From the NCBI RefSeq assembly GCF_006345805.1, contig NC_043002.1, forward strand, positions 103,850,001 to 103,914,000: a stretch of DNA of 64,000 nt, read 5' to 3'. The DNA comes from Octopus sinensis (lineage: Eukaryota). Positions 27,237 to 40,384 of this stretch are shown piece after piece. The stretch's first letter is position 1, and the number at the start of each line of letters is the position of its first letter. The translations under genes were made by a program, and so were the position numbers. The notes under the pieces were generated by a model that saw nothing but the letters and a program-made list of their open reading frames with translations, made no database searches and was not told the DNA's origin.

Positions 27237-27410
27237 TACACAGAGAGAAAAAAAACACAGAAAGAAGGAGAGAAAAAAAATGCGTGCAGTAACTAACGAA
27301 TCAACATGGCGATCTGATTTCGGCCAGAAGTCAAAGATCAAACATGAGACGCGAGAGCGAAATAAGGGGAGATAATAGGGTTGATAATAGGGTTGAATGA
27401 CCACCTATTA

Positions 27411-27750
27411 GTGCGTAGGAGGGGTCTGGACGTGTGTATGTATAGGGTTGGTGTATGTATTAGTATGTATAAGGGTGTGTGTGTCTGTGTGTGTGTGTGT
27501 ATGAGAGAGTATTGGTGCGTAGGATAGGTCTGGACAGGCGTATGTATGGGGTTGGTGTATGTATTAGTATGTATTAGTATGTATTAGTACGTATTAGTAT
27601 GTATAAGTGTGTGTGTGTGTGTATGAGAGAGTATAAGTGCGTATGAGGGGTCTGGACGTGTGTATGTATAGGGTTGGTGTATGTATTAGTATTTATTAGT
27701 ATGTATTAGTACGTATTAGTATGTATTAGTTGTGGTGTATGTATTAGTAT
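27411..27750. repeat. Three ~105-125-bp tandem units containing (GTATTAGTAT)n, inside the PLE
   Basis: GTGCGTA.GA..GGTCTGGAC recurs at ~27411, ~27515 and ~27637. Confidence 0.8.
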
Positions 27751-28778
27751 GGCCAATCATATATGATGTGATGTGTAAAGTCGTGTGGTGTAGTGAGAAG
27801 ATGGGAGGGGGAGAAGAGGGGGAGAGAAGGGGAGGTAAGAAGAAGGGGAGGAGATGGGGAAGAGGAGAGGAGGGGCAGAAGGAAGGGGAGGAGGAGGGGG
27901 AGGGAGGAAGAGGAAGAGGGGGAGAGAGAGAGAGAGAAGGGGACTGAGGGAGCAGAGGGAAGGGGAGAGGGAAGGAGGGAGGGAGAAAAGAGAAGAAGGG
28001 AAGGGGAGTAGGGGTGAAAGGATGAAGGACTGAAGAAGTAGGGTCGGGGGGAAGGATAGGTGAGGAGGGGGAGAGGGGGTTAGATGAGGAGGGGGAGAGG
28101 GGGTTAGATGAGGAGGGGGAGAGTTGAGACCAAATGGCGTATAAGAGCGAAAGAGAGAAGATTAATTCCTGTTCACGGCGCAAACGGGAATCCGGATGGC
28201 CTCTGTGTAAGGACAAACCGAACACAGATAGGTTGTTGCAAGGAGTGACGGTGGAGCGGAAATGGCGTGAGACCGGTGTGTCGTTCGCAAGGTGGATGTC
28301 ACGAAGGTGTTCCGCGAACCGGTCAGCCAGCGGCGTCCCGTTTGTCCGATGTACAAGGAATTGCAGAGAGAGCAAGAGACGCAATAGATAATATTGCTGG
28401 AGGTGCAGGGTGAAGGAGTGGATGATGGGATAGGGTCGATGGTGGTGCTAGTGAGGCGGGTGGTGTTGGAGAGGTAAGGGCAAGTGAGGCAACGTGGGCG
28501 GGAGCAGGGAACGAGCCGGGTTGGGAGGTAGGGTCAGGGAAGGAGGAGCACTGCATCTAAGTGTCTTGGGGCTTTCTTGTGGTACTATGTTTTTGTTGAA
28601 GTGTTGTGGACGAACCTTCTCTCCTCCCTGCCACCAGAAGTTCTGTGCACTCATCTTGGATTTCAGATAGTATTTGCTCCAGTGCTTTTTTAACATTTCA
28701 ACATCTACACCTAGAATTCTCTGAGGCTCCTTGATATATATACACATGCATATACATTTACACTATATATATGTATAT

Positions 28779-28836
<58 letters not shown>

Positions 28837-28849
28837 ATATATATGTATA

Positions 28850-28990
28850 CAGTGATACCTCGCAGAGTTTAATTCGTTCCATAATCGAGCTTGTCTTACG
28901 TTTTACAAATCGGTTTTTCTCCATGAAATGAATAAAATATAATTAACCCGTTCCTTCCCCTCAAAACCACACAAAAATAATTTTTTATGG
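28850..28990 (+). mobile_element. pogo/Tigger-like DNA transposon terminus (one end only)
   Basis: TA|CAGTGATACCTCG...TTTAATTCGTTCC...AATTAACCCGTTCC, resembling Tigger-type MITE ends; no partner TIR seen. Confidence 0.45.
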
Positions 28991-29797
28991 GTTTCAAAAA
29001 AGAAAACTTGTAGTTACAAGTAAAAGGAGAATCGTAAAAGAAAAGAATAAAAAACAAGAAATATGTAAACTGGTTTTATTAACTGAATTACCTTAAAAAT
29101 GGCACGGTTTGTGTACCCGTACTACATATGTATACCAATACACGTATGTATACATAGCATTGCTGTTCAACATTGGAAAGGCAAAATCAGGTCGAAATCA
29201 CGTGATCTGATAGTTCGAGTGGCAGAAATAGCGGTGATTGTCTGCCGCTGGCGGAAACTATGGCGTGCTTCTATGCACCATATACTCATATGAGAATTTT
29301 CTTTCTTGCTAAATATTGCAGTATTTGTCTGTTGTAACGCAACATCCATTTTTAAGTGCTGAATATGTTAGTTTTGGGTATTAATACTGCCTCTGTATCT
29401 CTCTCCTTCTATCTCTCGATATGTTTGTGCCATTGTGTTTTGTGTATGTATGTGTGTGTGCATGCATGTGTATGTATGTATGTGTGTGCATGCTAGATAG
29501 GTAGATAAATATATAGATATATGTGTATAGATATCCAAGTATACACAATGATACATGCACACACAAAAATACACGAACACACACACACATGCATACATAT
29601 AAAACCATTTTCAGATGTGCATCCTTTAAACTAGCTTTTATTTTAGTTTTGTTTGATTATATTATTGTTTCTGTTCCATTCTAACAAAACTGTCTGACAA
29701 ACGAGAAACTCTATCACTGGTATTTGACTACTCTTTTTCCCATTGTTTCACATTTGTGTGCTTATTCCGGTATATACATATACATGTATATATATAT

Positions 29798-29830
<33 letters not shown>

Positions 29831-29878
29831 CACTCATACACATACACACACTATATATATACATATTTACACACAAAC

Positions 29879-29918
<40 letters not shown>

Positions 29919-30708
29919 TATATATATATGCGCATATAGCTTTTCAGGCTGACATACGTAACAACATACATACAAATTAAGTTCATACGTTCATACATAA
30001 ATACATACATGCATTCAAAATGACACATACACACACAAACACACCACACACACACACATACATACATACATACATACATACATACATACATACATACATA
30101 CATACATACATACATACAGAGAAGGAACTTGATGATGTTTCGAAAAAAAAGCCTCAATTATAGGATTCCTGGAATGTCTAATGAAATACGGTCAATTTAC
30201 TTTCGATTTCACTTCATTTCAAAATCTTGAAGAGAAAACAAATTCTTGGAGAAAATTCCTAGATTTCACTATCGATTGGCTTCATTAGAAAAATTGAAAT
30301 GTTCATCATAAATTAAGATGGTTATACGTATATAATTATATACGCACGTATATATGTATGTGCGTGCGTGCGTGTGTACATGCGTATGTACGTATGTAGG
30401 TATATATATGTATATATGTGAATATACATAGAAACATACAACTTTATATCATATATTCATATACATTGCATAGTTATATTTATAAATATATATTTATGTA
30501 TGTTTGAATGTTTGTATGTGCGTACGTTTGTATGTATGTGTATGAAATCAAAATAAACTCCATTCCTGGTCTGTAAATTTGATAAGTATATATATATATA
30601 TATATATATATAGATATATATATATAATTATATTATATATATATATGTATATGTGTATATTTATGTGTGTGTAAGTACAGTATGTACATATGCATATGTA
30701 TATGGTTT

Positions 30709-30744
<36 letters not shown>

Positions 30745-31193
30745 TACACACACATATATACATACATACATATATACATACAAACACACACATATATGTA
30801 CTTGTATGTATTTGCGTGTGTATATATATGAGAATATAGTTGTAAGTAAACATATATATGCAAACGCACGAGTGCACACATTTGCGTTGATGTGTGTGTG
30901 CTTGTGTGTGTGTGTGTGTGTGTGTACGTGCGTGTACGGTAGTGGTATGTGCGGTAGCGGTGGTGGCAGCGGTGAGATGATGTTTTGTTGTGGTGTGTAA
31001 GGAAAATAATGACCTGGCTCAACTTTGGTCCAATAAACATATAAAATAAATTATATATTCAGATTTAAATGGCCGTAGGGCAAAATAATCATCATAATTT
31101 TATAAACAAAAAATGTTATTAGATGTCGTGATGTTCATTTGATTTTCAAAACTAATACAAACTTTCCTTCCATGACAATCATGTTGTTCGCAG

Positions 31194-31379
31194 ATGGTAA
31201 ATGTCTTATCAGCCATATTGACGGGTAACCCGGTATTGAGAGTATTTTCTCCTCCTCTGCTCTATTTTTTTCTTTTGGGTCTCATCCTTGTTAGGGCACA
31301 GCATTCGGTGTCATGGGGTGTCCTGCTGTCTGTCTTTCGTTCGTCACTACATCCATCACCCACCATTACACCAAAGGAA
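31194..31379 (+). other. Candidate coding exon with signal-peptide-like N-terminus
   Basis: ttgttcgcAG|ATG, 62 open codons including LLYFFLLGLILVRA-QH, donor GAA|GTGAGT. Confidence 0.25.
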
Positions 31380-31586
31380 GTGAGTATATGGACTTAAACG
31401 TCCTGTCAGTCTTGGTTCGTTAACATATTTACGCCTGCCTGCCTGCTACATCGGGATTTTGCTTATCCGTATGTATGGTACAGACAGATAGGTACATAGG
31501 CTATAAGAACAGACACATATGGAGACACGGATCCACACATATAAAGATGCACATCCATACATACAAACATGGTACATATTTGCATA

Positions 31587-31618
<32 letters not shown>

Positions 31619-31739
31619 ACATGCACACACAAAAAGACAGAGGTGCATACATACACAAACACATGCTCACCCACACATAGATAGAAAATACACAAACACG
31701 GACATGCAAGCACATAAATATGCAGGATACTTACATACA

Positions 31740-32430
31740 GATGCATACACACACATATATACATACACATGCAAACACACACACATACATACATACGTAC
31801 ATGCATGCATATATACATATGCATACACACACATATATACATACACATGCAAACACACACACATACATACATACGTACATACATACATATATACATATGC
31901 ATACACACACATATATCATACACATGCACACACACACATACATACATACGTACATGCATGCATATACATATGCATACACACACATATATACATACACATG
32001 CAAACACACACACATACATACATACGTACATACATACATATATACATATGCATACACACACATATATACATACACATGCAAACACACACACATACATACA
32101 TACGTACATGCATGCATATATACATATGCATACACACACATATATACATACACATGCAAACACACACACATACATACATACGTACATGCATGCATATATA
32201 CATATGCATACACACACATATATACATACACATGCAAACACACACACATACATACATACGTACATACATACATATATACATATGCATACACACACATATA
32301 TACATACACATGCAAACACACACACATACATACATACGTACATACATACATATATACATATGCATACACACACATATATACATACACATGCAAACACACC
32401 ACATACATACATACGTACATGCATGCATGT
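31740..32430. repeat. 78-bp minisatellite, about 9 copies
   Basis: GCAAACACAC marker at 31771, 31849, 32000, 32078, 32156, 32234, 32312, 32390. Confidence 0.93.
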
Positions 32431-32742
32431 ATAGGCACACACACACACACACACACACACGGACCCACCACATGCGCGCAAACAAACAAAAAGGGAACGC
32501 AGTGTAAATAACGGACAGAGTCAAAATTTTTGAAAAGGTTGTAGGACGCAACGGAAATTTTAGGGCAATAAAAATAAGAAAAACAAGTGGAAATTTTACC
32601 GGTGAGTGTGTTACATAATGAGGCACAAAAAGAAAATGACTCCCCAGACAATATAGCATATTCTTCAACACACGAACTCATATAAAGAATTTTGCAAACC
32701 AAGACCAAATTTTGCAAACAAAACGAAATATATACATATACT

Positions 32743-32820
<78 letters not shown>

Positions 32821-32835
32821 ATATATATATATATG

Positions 32836-33021
32836 TAGGTCCCGGGTTGATTCGGGGTTAACCACAGTAAATAAGGTACTCAATACATAGTAGAGTAAAA
32901 TTAATTTATTATATAGAAGGAGCTTCTACAGGACTAGAACTGTTTCATTCTTGTTAACTAGCTTCCTGAAGATTTCTCTTGAATGAAACAGTTCTAGTCC
33001 TGTAGAAGCTCCTTCTATATA

Positions 33022-33027
<6 letters not shown>
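32836..33027. mobile_element. Inverted PLE-like terminal fragment pair with a perfect 47-bp inverted repeat
   Basis: 32904-32950 is the exact reverse complement of 32981-33027; CTGAAGA...GAAA core at 32966-32988; (TA)n on both sides. Confidence 0.7.
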
Positions 33028-33060
<33 letters not shown>

Positions 33061-33203
33061 CAAGAATAATCAGCCGAATTGCTAAGATGATCTGGTTCTT
33101 GACTGATGACTGAGGGCTTCGAATGTCCCGTCCTGTGGTTCTTGTGTCGTCTCTGTGGTGTTTTCATGTTCTTGTCCATGTCTGTAATTATTTTTACTGT
33201 TTA

Positions 33204-33237
<34 letters not shown>

Positions 33238-33289
33238 GTGTGTGTGTGTGGTGTGTGTGCGTGTGTGTGTGTGCATGTGTATATATTTA

Positions 33290-33815
33290 CAGGGTGGCCA
33301 CTAATCACACACAATAGGAGTTATCAAGTATGCTTTATTAGCAATGAAGTAGACAATCCATTACAAATGTTCATAGTGTTGGCCATGTGGCTCTAAACAA
33401 GTGTTCATACGAAATTTGAAATTGTGATGAACCCTCTCGAATAACTTTTCATTGCCGTTGACATTGAAGATGTTCTTGGTCACGAAACTTTCCAAATATA
33501 CAAGAGGTTTAATGTAGCCCCAGAAGAGAAAAGTCCATGGGAGTTTAAAATGGTGACCATGATGCCCATTCAATTGGCCGACGACTTGGAAACTGTTTGT
33601 TCACTAAATCCCGAATATGTAATGGAAAATGGGTCGAAGACCCATCCTACTGAAACCAGACAGGATTTCCTGTTCCAAGGGAATGCAATGCACGTGAGAC
33701 ATCATCTTGCTGCCAGGCATGTCCAGATACGATTCACCTGCCCCAGAGCCCTCAAAATAAAGGGTCCGATTACTTGCTTGTGACAAATCCCACACCACAC
33801 CATGACCTTGCGCCC
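33290..33815 (-). mobile_element. Tc1/mariner-superfamily transposase remnant (maT/rosa-like, DD37D/DD41D type) with one TIR
   Basis: KVMVWCGICHKQVIGPF, WFQ*DGSSTHF, EWASWSP..TPMDF / FLFWGYIKPLVY; terminus TA|CAGGGTG at 33288. Confidence 0.8.
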
Positions 33816-33907
33816 ACCTTGTTAATTATCTGCCTCCTGAAAAGAGATAAAAAATAAACAAGAGAAAATGTTTGCAATTTCACATATTACAGGATGATGT
33901 GTCACTT

Positions 33908-34300
33908 TATGGCTTTGTCGTAAGAAGCATGCTTCCCAACCACATGCTTCTGGGTTCAGTCCCACTGCGTGGCATCTTGGGCAAGTGTCTTCTGCTATAG
34001 CTTCGCGCTGACCAAAGTCTTGTGAGCGGATTTGCTAGACGGAAATTGAAAGTAGCCCGTCGTATATATATATATATATACATGAGTGTGTGTTTGCCCC
34101 CCTCCATCGCTTTGACAACCGATGTTGTTGTGTTCATGTCCCCCATAACTTAGCAGTTCAGCAAAATACACCGATAGAATAAGTGCTACGCTTACAAACT
34201 CTAAGTCCTGGGGTAGATTTCCTCGACTGAATGTGGTACTCCAGTATGGCCACAGTCAAATGACTGAAAAAAATGAAAGAATAAACGAATAAAAGAATAT
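33908..34300 (+). mobile_element. SINE family A, near full length
   Basis: Head, GGTTCAGTCCCACTGCGTGGC, internal TA tract, tail CAGTCAAATGACTGAAA. Confidence 0.9.
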
Positions 34301-34304
34301 ATAT

Positions 34305-34465
34305 GTACGACGGGCTTCTTACAGTTTCCTTCTACTAAAACCACTCACGAAGTTTTTTGTCGTTACCAGGCTATTACAGAAAACCCTTACGCAAGGTGCT
34401 ATACAGTGAGATTGAAACTGGGAGTAGGTGGTTGCGGGGGGGGGACAGCTTTCCACACAGCTAAC
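34305..34465 (-). mobile_element. SINE family A, diverged 5' half
   Basis: ACGACGGGCTTCTTACAGTTTCC...CAAGGTGCTATACAGTGAGATTGAAAC. Confidence 0.7.
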
Positions 34466-34651
34466 CCATTCGTGTGAATTTACGCATTCAAGGACCCATT
34501 AATCACAAACACATATATAGTATGAGTGTAGAACTCATATACAAACATACACTCGAAAACACACACACACACACAAAAACACACGTACACAAGCATACCC
34601 ACAGAATTTACATATGCTTCTATACGTTCAGAAAAAATACAACCAATAGCT

Positions 34652-35062
34652 GCAGGAGTGGCTGTGTGGTAAGTAGCTTGCTAACCAACCACATGGTTCC
34701 GGGTTCAGTCCCACTGCAAGGCATCTTGGGCAAGTGTCTTCTGCTATAGCCCCGGGACGACCAATGTCTTGTGAGTGGATTTGGTAGACGGAAACTGAAA
34801 GAAGCCCGTCGTATATATGTAATATATATATATATATGTATATATGTGTATTTGTGTGTGTTTGTCCCCCTAACATTGCTTGACAACCGATGCTGGTGTG
34901 TTTACGTCCCCGTCACTTAGCGGTTCGGCAAAAGAGACCGATAGAATAAGTACTGGGCTTACAAAAGAATACGTCCTGGGGTCGATTTGCTCGACCAAAG
35001 GCGGCGCTCCAGCATGGCCGCAGTCAAATGACTGAAACAAGTAAAAGAGAGAGTAAAGAGTA
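34652..35062 (+). mobile_element. SINE family A, full length, young-looking
   Basis: GCAGGAGTGGCTGTGTGG (A-box-like), GGTTCAGTCCC (B-box-like), CTTGGGCAAG, internal TA/TG tract, tail CCAGCATGGCCGCAGTCAAATGACTGAAACAAGTAAAAGA. Confidence 0.95.
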
Positions 35063-35545
35063 TTCCTTCATGTGTGTTGCATTTTCGCACGCTCAACGCA
35101 CACGCTCGCACGCGCACGCGCTTTTGTACATGTACACACATACATACACATACTATAAATGACAAGAATGTATGCAGATAGAATCTGCAGAAATTTATAC
35201 CCACGGAGATAATTAAATACAATAATTATTATATTTACTTGTATACAAACACACTTACACAGTTATACGTGGCTCACACAAATTCACTTTCATTTTCAGC
35301 CGAACGCGCATACATTCACCCCGGATGCACATACCTTACTAGTCAGTGATTGTTTGCGGAGCTAGATATAGCAGCTAAAGTGTTAACTCATGGTTCTCTT
35401 TCGTTTTAGATTTTTATTTTTTAATGAAGGTCATCATATAATTTAGATTCGGATATGCAAATAAGACAGAATGATCGCGACAGAGCAGCTAACACCCCCC
35501 AAATCACTATGCATTTGTATCTTTTAAAAGGAATGTAGCGTTCAT

Positions 35546-35590
<45 letters not shown>

Positions 35591-36062
35591 TACTGGATGT
35601 AGAAATAAGACGGAATGGTCACGTTCGGAAGGTAAATTATCACAGTTCTTTTAGAAGTGACCTGGGGTTAAAGAACAATACTTTGCACAAATACCAACTT
35701 CTCTATGTCTCTCTCTCTCACACACACACAAACGCGCGCTCGCCATATTAAAATCGAAGACAGGACGTTGTTGGGTAGAGTTGCCGTTCGTTTCACATAT
35801 TTGTTTTTTATAGTTGCAGTGTTTGTTTTCCTTTATTTAATTTTTTTTTATTTTCTTTAATATTCCCCAAGTCACTCCTTATGTTCAGCCCTCACCTCAA
35901 AACCTTTCCTATAAGGACCAAGCTGTCGTTTCTTTTTAAGTTTTATATCCACGACAACATAATCCAAATGTGGGTCCAACAGTGATTGCCGGAAACCTTT
36001 GCTTCCGAAGCCTTTCCAGATTACTGTCACCTCAGTCGGCATACTCTAAACCGAGCAAATAT

Positions 36063-36172
36063 CGCTTTCAAATTTTGGCAGAAGGCCGACAATTTCGGGG
36101 CTACATCATCTTTTTTATTTTGTCATCTTACTCGAAAAGATGAAAGATAAAGGCCACCTCGCCGTGAGTTGA
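36063..36172 (-). mobile_element. SINE family D fragment
   Basis: TTTCAAATTTTGGCAGAAGGCC...CGAAAAGATGAAAGATAAAGGCCACCTCG. Confidence 0.55.
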
Positions 36173-37369
36173 AAATTAAACAAATACTTAATTTAATTAA
36201 ATAATTAAAAGATATACAGATACCTATATAATTGTATTAATTAGAACGAGTACTAGAGCTCCTATACCAACAGTGTTGGGAATTTGCTGTGGTTTATTAA
36301 TGTACTTCCTTTATTTTATAAGGTAGGTTGCAGTTAGAGGGATATGTGGCTGTTATTTCTACAATCAAGCAAACCATGTCATTTCTCCATCGTTGGTTCG
36401 TGAACAGTAAAATGTGACACGAATATAAGTGAATAATAATTTTGGGGAACGGGATCTCGATGCAAGTACAGCTATAAAGAATAGCGTGTAATTATTGAGT
36501 TTAAAAAAAAAAACCTTAGGTTAAAAAGGTTGAAGAATGACCCTTAGAATGATTAAGGGTACAAAAAATTTGTAAGGTTCCAGCGAGTGTGACGCAACTA
36601 AATACAGAATCGAAAAATATATTATGATGCATCTGCATTTAAAATACACAAAAGCAATTGAAAATTTGGAAAAACACTTTCTTTTCTTCCCTTTTTTTTT
36701 TATCAATTTATTTCAATTAACACGAAAAATATCTGTTCCAATGCCGTATAGTTTTTTCTTCTTTTTGTTAGTTTTTGTAGCACTATACTTTCTGTCCAAA
36801 AGTTGAATAAATTTTATCTTTCCAGACAAACGACGAAGAAATGCCGAGTGGGGAAAAAAACGAAAACAGAACCGGAAAAAGCGAACGAATTTCTCTGACG
36901 ACTCGATCTGTTCCGCTACAGGAACTATGGTGCAACTAAAGAGAGCGCAGTTGCAGTTGTGTGTTAAAATGCAACGTGCACTGCAGCCTGGTACGGCTGA
37001 GAGACACATAGCATACATCTGCTGGAGGTATGGTGCAACTAAAGATGAGAAATGCAGCTGTACGACTAAGCGAGATATGTGGTGCAGTTGTGCACGGAAA
37101 TATGCACGTTAAGGTGCATTTCGTAGAGAGAATATGCATGTGCGATGCATTGGGGGGGTGAAGATGAGGTAATATATATATATGCATATATGTGTATATA
37201 TGTATGTATATGTGTATATATGTTTGTGTATGTATGTATGTATAGATAATGCGAATGCATGAACTGTGGTGCAGTTATGTAGAAGTGCAACGAAGTACAA
37301 TGTATCTGATGGTGTAGGGAAACTGGGGGACGGGGAGGGTGCAGTAGCTGCGTGCATATATGCAACTAT

Positions 37370-38055
37370 GTGTGCATGTGTGTATGTGTGCGTGTACTAG
37401 AGTGTGCTTGTGTGTGTGTGTGCGTTTGAGCGTATACTAATGTGTGTGTATGTGAGAGCATGTACTAGTGTGTACATATGCGTGTGTGTGTATCTGTGTG
37501 TGTATGTGTTCATGTACTAGTGTGTGCGTGTGTGTGTATCTGTGTGTGTGTGTGTGTCTGTGTGTGCGTGTATGTGTGTTTGTGCGTGCGTGTTGTGTGT
37601 GTGCATGTGTGCATGTACCAGTGTGTGCATGTACCAGTGTGTGTGCTTGTGTGTGTGTGCGTTTGAGCGTATACTAGTGTGTGTGTGTGTGTGTGTGCGT
37701 GCATGTACTAGTGTGTGCGTGTGTGTGTGTTAATCTGTGTGTGTGCGTGTGTGTCTGCGTGTGCGCGTATGTGTGTTTGTGCGTGCGTGTTGTGTGTGTG
37801 CGTGTGTGAAGGTACTAGTGTGTGCTTGTGTGTGTGTGTGTGTGTGCGTGTGAGAGTTTGAGTGTTCATGTGTGTGTGCGTGTGTGAAGGTACTAGTGTG
37901 TGCTTGTGCGTGTGTGTGTGTGTGTGTGCGTGTGAGAGTTTGAGTGTTCATGTGTGTGTGCGTGTGTGAGTGTACTAGTGTGTGCGGGTACTAGTATGTG
38001 CTTGTGTGTGTATGTGCGTGTACTATTGTGCGCGCGCGCGCATGTGCGTGTGAGA
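37370..38055. repeat. Imperfect (GT)n array punctuated by GTACTAGT
   Basis: Seen directly. Confidence 0.9.
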
Positions 38056-38073
38056 ATGTAATGCACACGTTTC

Positions 38074-38104
38074 AACTGGCAGCACGTGCATAGTCTATTT
38101 ATAG
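38074..38104 (-). promoter_or_regulatory. Candidate Pol II core promoter (TATA overlapping a MEF2 site, E-box, Inr-like)
   Basis: Minus strand CTATAAATAG-actatg-CACGTG-ctg-CCAGTT; (GA)n tract upstream at 38144-38240. Confidence 0.3.
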
Positions 38105-38141
38105 CCATTCACAGAGCGTGAAAGAATTATAGAAAACCCGA

Positions 38142-38174
<33 letters not shown>

Positions 38175-38319
38175 GGAGGTCAGAGAGAGGAGAAAGAAGG
38201 AGAGAGTAGAAAGAAAGAATGAAAGAGAGAGAGAGAGAGGGGAATGGAGGAGAAAGCTGCGATGCTACGCTGAATTAACAGAAGAGATCTCGTGATTTCA
38301 GACTCACTCGTTATAAAGG

Positions 38320-40093
38320 CGGTGGTGGTGGTGGTGGTGGTGGTGGTGGTGGTAGTGGTGGTGGTGGTGGTGGTGGCGGCGGTACTACTTCTGAAAATGG
38401 TATCAGCGTTGCAAGTAGTATAGGTAGTAGTAGTAGTGATAGTTATTGTTTTAATACTTCACGGCGTCGGCGGTGGTTGAGTGGTACTATCAGCGCTAAT
38501 GAGATGGTGGTAGTAGTGAAGGCGGTTGTGGTTGTGGTTGTGGTGGTGGTAGTGAAGGCGGTTGTGGTTGTGGTGGTAGTAGTGAAGGCGGTTGTGGTTG
38601 TGGTGGTAGTAGTGAAGGTGGTTGTGGTTGTGGTGGTAGTAGTGAAGGCGGTTGTGGTTGTGGTGGTAGTATGAAGGCGATTGTGGTTGTAGTGGTACTA
38701 GTGGAGGCGATTGTGGTTGTGGTGGTAGTAGTGAAGGCGGTTGTGTTTGTGGCGGCAGTAGTGAAGGCGGTTGTGGTTGTGGTGGTAGTAGTGAAGGTGG
38801 TTTTGTTTGTGGTTGTAGTCGTAGTGCTGTTGCTAAACACAACAGAAGCTATTGTGGTAGTTGCGTTAGTATTGGTGGTAGTATTGGTAGTAGTATGTTA
38901 CTTATAGAATTGCTGTTTGGTGTTTATGGTGGTGCGGTTAGATGTGATGGAGAAGTATGGGTGGTAGTTGTAGTGTTGAGGGTGATGGCAGCACTGGTGG
39001 TGGTGGTGGAGGCGGTTGTAGTGGTGACGGTCATAGTAGTGGTGGTGGTTGTTGCTGTTGTTGTTCTTGTTCTTGTTAGTGGTGGTTGTGGTGATGGTGA
39101 TGGTGGTGGTAGCGGTGAGTGGTCATAAAGGTTGTGGTGTTGGTGGTTGTGATGATGATGATGGTGGTGGTCATGGTGGGTGTGATGATAGTGGTGATGA
39201 TGATGGTGGTGTTGGTTGTGGTGGTGGTGGTGATGGCGGTGATAGTGTTGGTGACGGCATTTTGGTGGTGGTGGTGGTGGTGGTCATGGTGGGTGTGATA
39301 GTGGTTGTGATGACGACGGTGGGGGGGGGTGGGGCTGAAGTGATTCCCTTGTGGTGGCGGTGGTGGTGGTGGTGATGGTGGTGTGGTGGTGGTGACTGTC
39401 TTTCTGGTGGTGGTGATGGTGGTCATGGTGGTTGCGATGGTGGCTGTGATAATGGTTGTGTTGGTGTTGGTTGTGGTAGTTGTGTTGTTGGTGGTGGTGG
39501 TCATGGTAGGACGACACAGTTGTGATAGAGTTGATGGTGATGGTGGTGGTGGTGGTGGCGGTGATTGCGTTCATGGTAACGACCCGATGGTTTTTGGTCG
39601 TTTCGTTGTGCTCTTCTTGATAAACAGATTTGGTTGTGGTGGTCATGTTAGAGTTGGTGCTGTAGTCGGCCTATGGCATTGTGCTCAGCTAACACCGTTG
39701 CCAATGTGTTGTGTTGGATGTAGTAGTGGAGGTGGTGTCTGTCTGAGCAGTCGAAACGGTGGACGCTGTGGCGGTGGGAGTTCGATGCCATTGCTTTGGC
39801 GGTGGTAGCGTTGGTGGTTGTTACCGTAGTAGTGTGGGTGGTAGTTGTATTAATTGCACAGGTGGTAATTGTGTCGTAATTAGCTGTCGTGTGCTTGTAG
39901 CAGTTCTGATTGCGCCAACCATGATCGTAGTGATGATGGTGGTGGCAGTGGTGTTGGTGGTGGTAGTTGTGGTGGTAGTGGTGGTGGTGGTAGTGCTGTT
40001 AATTAAATCGCAATCAATCGTAGGGTTGTAGTTTTGGTGTACACAGCACAAAGTTTGTACTAACCTTCATAATGCTGGTGGTGGTAGTAGTAG

Positions 40094-40130
<37 letters not shown>

Positions 40131-40350
40131 GTACTAGTAAAGGAGGTGGTAGTAGTAGTAGTAGTGATAGTAGTGGTGGTGGTGGTGGTAGAGTTAGTAG
40201 TAGTATTGGTGGTTGTGCTAATAGTAGTAGCAGTAGTAATGGGGTGGTAGTGGTAGTAATACTGGTGGTAGTAGTAGTAGTAATACTGGTGGTGGTAGTA
40301 GTAGTAATAGCAGTGGTGGTGGTACTGGTAGTAGTAGTTGTGTGACAATG

Positions 40351-40384
<34 letters not shown>

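Larger units (their letters stand above)
27101..28555 (-). mobile_element. Penelope-like element (Neptune-type), 5'-truncated: Cys-rich linker, GIY-YIG endonuclease remnant and 3' terminal region
   Basis: Frameshift-corrected translation PGSFPCSRPRCLTCPYLS...FTCTSSNIIYCVSCSLCNSLYIGQTGRRLADRFAEHLRDI...PVSRHF...RLRREQELIFSL; 3' end carries a hammerhead-like motif and ends at (TA)n. Confidence 0.9.
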
